A DNA stretch of 29,194 bases, from assembly GCA_048941015.1 (NCBI GenBank), contig JBHLNZ010000039.1, positions 1 through 29,194 on the forward strand, read 5' to 3'. Origin of the DNA: Promethearchaeota archaeon. GTDB taxonomy: Archaea; Asgardarchaeota; Lokiarchaeia; Sigyniarchaeales; SOKP01. Positions 25,396 through 29,194 of the stretch are shown here, piece after piece (the stretch's first letter is position 1; each line of letters starts with the position of its first letter). A program made the position numbers and the translations under genes. The notes beneath the pieces are model-generated. The model saw nothing but the letters and a program-made list of their open reading frames with translations. It did not search any database and had not been told where the DNA came from.

Positions 25396-26733
25396 CTATT
25401 TGGCCTTATACATACTCCGTAAAGAATCAAGGATAAATTCTTTTACTGATTTACGATCTGTTACAGAAGCCAGCATTTCATATAATGCTGACTGGCCTTC
25501 TGCTTTTTTCACCGGATTTTTAATAACTTCTTCAACACATTCGTTGAGATCTTTGAGAAATGGTTCTACAACTTTGGATTGATGCGGATATATTGTCATA
25601 TGAATTGCAGGAGGAAATTGCAGACGATCTAAATGCCATCCTCTTTTTTCCATTGTATCTGCTAAGGTGTACATATGAAATTTATCGGAGGCAAAAGAGA
25701 ATAAACTCATATTGGGTTTTCCTAAGATATATAACTCGGGGATTTGTTCAATTCCATCGATTAACTTTTTCGTAGCATCCATAACAATTTTTGCGAGTTT
25801 TAAATAACCATTTTCGCCAAGAGCTTTTAAAGCTGCCCAGGCTGCGGCAACAGGTCCTGCTGGGCGGGTGCCCTGCATCGCAGGTGAAGCATAAATTCCT
25901 CCTGACCAATCAATAGTTGCAGAATACTGATATTTCAATAAATTATCAGTTCGGTATAAGATTGTTGAGGTGCCTTTGGGGCCATATCCATATTTATGTA
26001 TATCGGCAGAAATTGATGTAACACCCGGCACTGAAAAATCGAAATCTGGAATCTCATACCCTAAATTTCTTACAAAGGGTAACATATATCCTCCAAGACA
26101 AGCGTCAACATGCATTCCTATACCACATTCTTTCGCAAGAGCCGCAAGTTCAGTAATAGGATCCACTACTCCTCGAGGGAACTCGGGAGCAGATCCAACT
26201 ATAAGAATGGTATTGTCAGTGATACTATCTTTCATAGCCTTAACATCGGCTCTGTAAGTTTTATTATCAACCGGAACATATCTCAATTTAACATCAAAAT
26301 ATTTAGATGCTTTTTCAAAACAAGGATGAGCTGAACTCGCTAAAATCATTTCAGGCTCCTTTATCTCTGGAAATTTGTCTCGCGCCCAATCTCTATATGT
26401 TTTTACTGCCAATAAAATACTTTCAGTACCTCCAGAAGTCATGCTACCACAAGCTTTTCGATCTCCCCCTAATAAATCAATAGTCATTGAAACTACTTCT
26501 GCTTCAAATTTTTGTAAACTTGGAAATGCCATTGGGCTTAATGCATTTTCAGAAAAAAACATGGTATATACTTCTTTAAGCAATTCAGTATGCTCGTCAC
26601 TAGCATGAGATACCAAACTCCAAATCTTACCATTCTGCCAATTTGCGTCCTTTTTACGTGCTTTTCCCATCATTTCAAGAAGCTCCTCTCTGGGAATCCC
26701 CTCATTAGGTAAAATTACTTTTTGTCTTGCCAT
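25396..26733 (-). CDS. PLP-dependent group II decarboxylase-fold enzyme, sphingosine-1-phosphate lyase-like
   Basis: GSMTSGGTESILLAVK.YRD, SAHP.F.KA..YF, LIVGSAP.FP.G.VDPI, HVDACLGG, FDF..PGVTSISAD.HKYGYGPKG.S (PLP Lys), W.GGIYASP...G.RP, LQFPPAIH. Confidence 0.88.
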   Translation of the reverse strand: MARQKVILPNEGIPREELLEMMGKARKKDANWQNGKIWSLVSHASDEHTELLKEVYTMFFSENALSPMAFPSLQKFEAEVVSMTIDLLGGDRKACGSMTSGGTESILLAVKTYRDWARDKFPEIKEPEMILASSAHPCFEKASKYFDVKLRYVPVDNKTYRADVKAMKDSITDNTILIVGSAPEFPRGVVDPITELAALAKECGIGMHVDACLGGYMLPFVRNLGYEIPDFDFSVPGVTSISADIHKYGYGPKGTSTILYRTDNLLKYQYSATIDWSGGIYASPAMQGTRPAGPVAAAWAALKALGENGYLKLAKIVMDATKKLIDGIEQIPELYILGKPNMSLFSFASDKFHMYTLADTMEKRGWHLDRLQFPPAIHMTIYPHQSKVVEPFLKDLNECVEEVIKNPVKKAEGQSALYEMLASVTDRKSVKEFILDSLRSMYKAK

Positions 26734-26872
26734 TTTGAATCACTTTCAAATTATGATATTAGATATTTTTTTTTTTGATAGTAATAATCTAAAATAAAGC
26801 TTTAAATAAATTTTAAAATCTATCTTTTATTACACTTTAATCCAAAAAATTTTAAATTAAGGTGAAATCTAA

Positions 26873-27175
26873 ATGGTAGATTATTTGGCAACAATTACAT
26901 ATCCTTCTAAGGCAGCAAAAGAGTTTGGAAAAAAATTTCTTGAATTATCAAAAATAAAACCGCCAGATTGGCTCAAGATTAAGCTTGTCTACTCAACTGT
27001 AGATGGAAAATTGAAAGGTTATGCGCTTTATGAAGTTGATGATGATAAAATATTGAAAGCGGAAGTTGAAATTTCTAAACGTATGGCATTTTATTTTGAT
27101 ATTGAAGGATTTGAATATAAAATTGAAAGATTATTAACACCAAAAGAAGCTTTACCTATTATAGGATTGGGATAA
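26873..27175 (+). CDS. Small hypothetical protein, probable dimeric alpha/beta-barrel (DUF3303/GYD-like)
   Basis: 100-aa ORF with AAGGTGA RBS and downstream T-tract; ferredoxin-like alternating strand/helix pattern. Confidence 0.82.
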   Translation: MVDYLATITYPSKAAKEFGKKFLELSKIKPPDWLKIKLVYSTVDGKLKGYALYEVDDDKILKAEVEISKRMAFYFDIEGFEYKIERLLTPKEALPIIGLG

Positions 27176-27216
27176 AAACAAAGAATTCTTAGAATTAATA
27201 TAAATTAAAAATCTAA

Positions 27217-27226
27217 TTTTTTTTTT
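27217..27226 (+). terminator. Oligo-T terminator candidate
   Basis: T10 run after 26873-27175. Confidence 0.45.
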
Positions 27227-27367
27227 ATTAAGAAAACAAGATGTTGTTATTTCATTTTTTTTAAAATTAGGTTGTAACATATTTGTTAAAAGTACTTATA
27301 TTATTTTTACTTTTTGTACTTTACCGAAATCTAATCTAAAAATGATATATAAAAATTGAATTATTAG

Positions 27368-27694
27368 GTGGTAAAAAAAATGATGTTTATTACATATTGG
27401 GAGATAAATCCTGATTTTGATCCAGCAGAATTAGCTGAAATAGCCCAAGAGCTTATACGTAAAAAAGTATACCCTGCTGAAGGAGTTACATCACATGCAT
27501 TCTACATTAGTACCTCAGATTATTGGGGTATTGGTATAGATGAGGCTGACAGTGAAGAAGCTCTCGCGAAGAATGTGAATATGTGGAGAATTTCTAAACC
27601 TGGTTTTATTAGATCTATAAAATCAACTCCTGCAATGGAAGTTGTTAAAATACTCCCAGTATTGGTAAAATTGAAAAAAGACATAAAGGGTTAA
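27368..27694 (+). CDS. Small hypothetical protein, DUF3303-like
   Basis: M.FITYWE.NP, GI.I.EADSEE.L...V..W, K.TPAM pattern. The true start may be the ATG at 27380 after AGGTGG. Confidence 0.82.
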   Translation: MVKKMMFITYWEINPDFDPAELAEIAQELIRKKVYPAEGVTSHAFYISTSDYWGIGIDEADSEEALAKNVNMWRISKPGFIRSIKSTPAMEVVKILPVLVKLKKDIKG

Positions 27695-27738
27695 AAGAGA
27701 TATTATTAGAAAGAAGTTTAAAGCCTTAAAATTCATTC

Positions 27739-27785
27739 TTTTTTTTTTATTCTGCTTGTAAAAGGATTAATTTAAAAAAAAAAAA
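27739..27785. terminator. Bidirectional oligo-T terminator region between convergent genes
   Basis: T10 at 27739-27748 (+) and A12 at 27774-27785 (T12 on -). Confidence 0.5.
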
Positions 27786-27838
27786 CTCCATTTAAAATTT
27801 CCTCAAGTAAGAATTAATATTAAAAATAATTCTTTTAT

Positions 27839-29194
27839 TTAGAATTTATCAGCTTTATTTCTTGGATAGCGCTTTTTCTTATTTATTTCTTTAAAGAAAA
27901 GGATGGTAATAGCTATTCCAGAAATTGTTATAAGTAAAGTTATGGGGGTTCCTGAAATAGGTATTGGAGGAAAATACATACCGATAATTACTTTTACATT
28001 TGAGAATGTTTCATATGAATTACCTAAAACACTTTCATAATACAAATTAATTGTGATTAAATAAGTTCCATTACCTACGGATGCTGAAGGCTGAATTTCT
28101 AATAAAAATGATATTATTTGGCCATATTCTAAGTAGGTGATAGCTTTTGTATCATTTAGAATTTCGTCAATCCAATAACTAAAATTATTGGGAGCTGAAA
28201 TGCTTACATTTATGTTTCGAGCATTACCTTCCACTGATTTTATAATTACTTCTACCTCTTTAACATCCTGCACTTTCCCACCATAATCATATTCAATTTC
28301 TACTGGTTGTGGCGATATAATAACATTTGGATTACTAATCGGTGCTACAGCACCCAAATAGAAGGGAAAGTAAAAAATTAAGGCTAAGCTGAAAATAAGA
28401 ATTATCTTTTGTCCAATTTTGCGCAATTCTTTTAATTGAGTTTTTTTCAGCGTTAAATATAGAAATACACCAAATAAAAAAGATATAGTAGGGGTATACA
28501 AGAAAAGCAACATAAAAAAATTACCAAAATAATAACTTCTATTTATTAAGAAATACAATATTGTTATTATACTAAAAGAACTTAATATATACTTAAAAAA
28601 ATCACGTAAAATTTTTCCTTTATTATGAATTGAACTTATTAAAGAGCGGATTTGATAAAATAAGAAATAGATTGCTAGGATTAAGATCCCTAGTAATCCT
28701 ATGAAAAGTAAGTTAGCAAGTTCTCTGCTAGTAACCCAATATAATGGATAATTTACTTTTATTTGATTTTTTAAAAAAATTAAATATAAGCTGCTTATAA
28801 GTATTACTGAATTTAAAATAATGAGATAATTCTTTTCTTTTCTTACACGTCTTAATTGTGACCTTAAATCCACATTTTCAATAGCCTTTTTAATTATAAG
28901 ATCATAGAGATTTTGAATAGTTTTTTGGAGATTAGAACTATTAAACTCAAGTCCTAATCTTGAACTGAGGAGAGGAGGGATATCTTCAGCTTTTGTAAAT
29001 ATTGGTATAATAGGTTTTCCTAAAGAGTCGGCAGCAGTCCATTCCTTTTCGACAGGAATAGAATTTAATGAATTTTTAGAACAAAATAAAAGTACCACAT
29101 CACATTTTCCAAGATTGTCATTCATAAATTTAAAAATATTATCATGCATATCTTCTTGCCAATAAAGAACATCATCAATTCCTTCAAAATCAGT
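27839..29194 (-). CDS. TIR-domain membrane protein (TIR + 5 TM + extracellular Ig-like domain + C-terminal TM); 5' end lies beyond the window
   Basis: The frame is open to the edge (TDFEGIDDVLYWQED-MHDNIF...). TIR motifs CDVVLLFCSKNSLNS..VEKEW.AA...GKPIIPIF..EDIPPLL; hydrophobic helices; beta-rich domain with GTY.ITI.LYYE. Confidence 0.9.
   Translation of the reverse strand, partial: TDFEGIDDVLYWQEDMHDNIFKFMNDNLGKCDVVLLFCSKNSLNSIPVEKEWTAADSLGKPIIPIFTKAEDIPPLLSSRLGLEFNSSNLQKTIQNLYDLIIKKAIENVDLRSQLRRVRKEKNYLIILNSVILISSLYLIFLKNQIKVNYPLYWVTSRELANLLFIGLLGILILAIYFLFYQIRSLISSIHNKGKILRDFFKYILSSFSIITILYFLINRSYYFGNFFMLLFLYTPTISFLFGVFLYLTLKKTQLKELRKIGQKIILIFSLALIFYFPFYLGAVAPISNPNVIISPQPVEIEYDYGGKVQDVKEVEVIIKSVEGNARNINVSISAPNNFSYWIDEILNDTKAITYLEYGQIISFLLEIQPSASVGNGTYLITINLYYESVLGNSYETFSNVKVIIGMYFPPIPISGTPITLLITISGIAITILFFKEINKKKRYPRNKADKF

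Noticed and set aside
19026-26608. Overlapping ORFs 19026-19319, 21369-21599, 24671-24916, 25400-25582, 25560-25775, 25970-26257, 26110-26334, 26375-26608
   Set aside because: Antisense or alternative-frame overlaps of conserved genes, with no motifs.

Overview
AT-rich archaeal window, most consistent with an Asgard archaeon (Lokiarchaeia/Promethearchaeota). This rests on a Rab-like small GTPase with the DFGG-type G3 motif, a Loki-type TIR domain, a Loki-type multi-TM family, GGTGA-like RBSs and oligo-T terminators. All family assignments come from motif recognition, not database searches. No rRNA, tRNA, CRISPR array or intact mobile element was found. Highlights: (1) a 5.4-kb methyl-transfer island (1354-6725) with a CpaM-like SAM methyltransferase, a fused HgcAB-like corrinoid/TM/2[4Fe-4S] protein with an atypical two-cysteine cap motif (NVWCGACG), an F420-dependent Ddn-like oxidoreductase, two ICMT/PEMT-family membrane methyltransferases and another SAM methyltransferase; (2) three dispersed genes sharing a conserved N-terminal 'LGI-x5-G-x2-GLGLG' membrane anchor attached to different extracellular domains, suggesting a modular surface-display family; (3) a receptor-like TIR + 5TM + glycosylated Ig-like domain + TM protein at the right edge; (4) apparently inactivated P-loop proteins (pseudo-Rab, pseudo-AAA); (5) a sphingosine-1-phosphate-lyase-like gene paired with an acyl-CoA dehydrogenase; (6) a candidate structured ncRNA with a solitary CRISPR-repeat-like sequence, several gene remnants, unannotated small ORFs and a probable ATT start codon.
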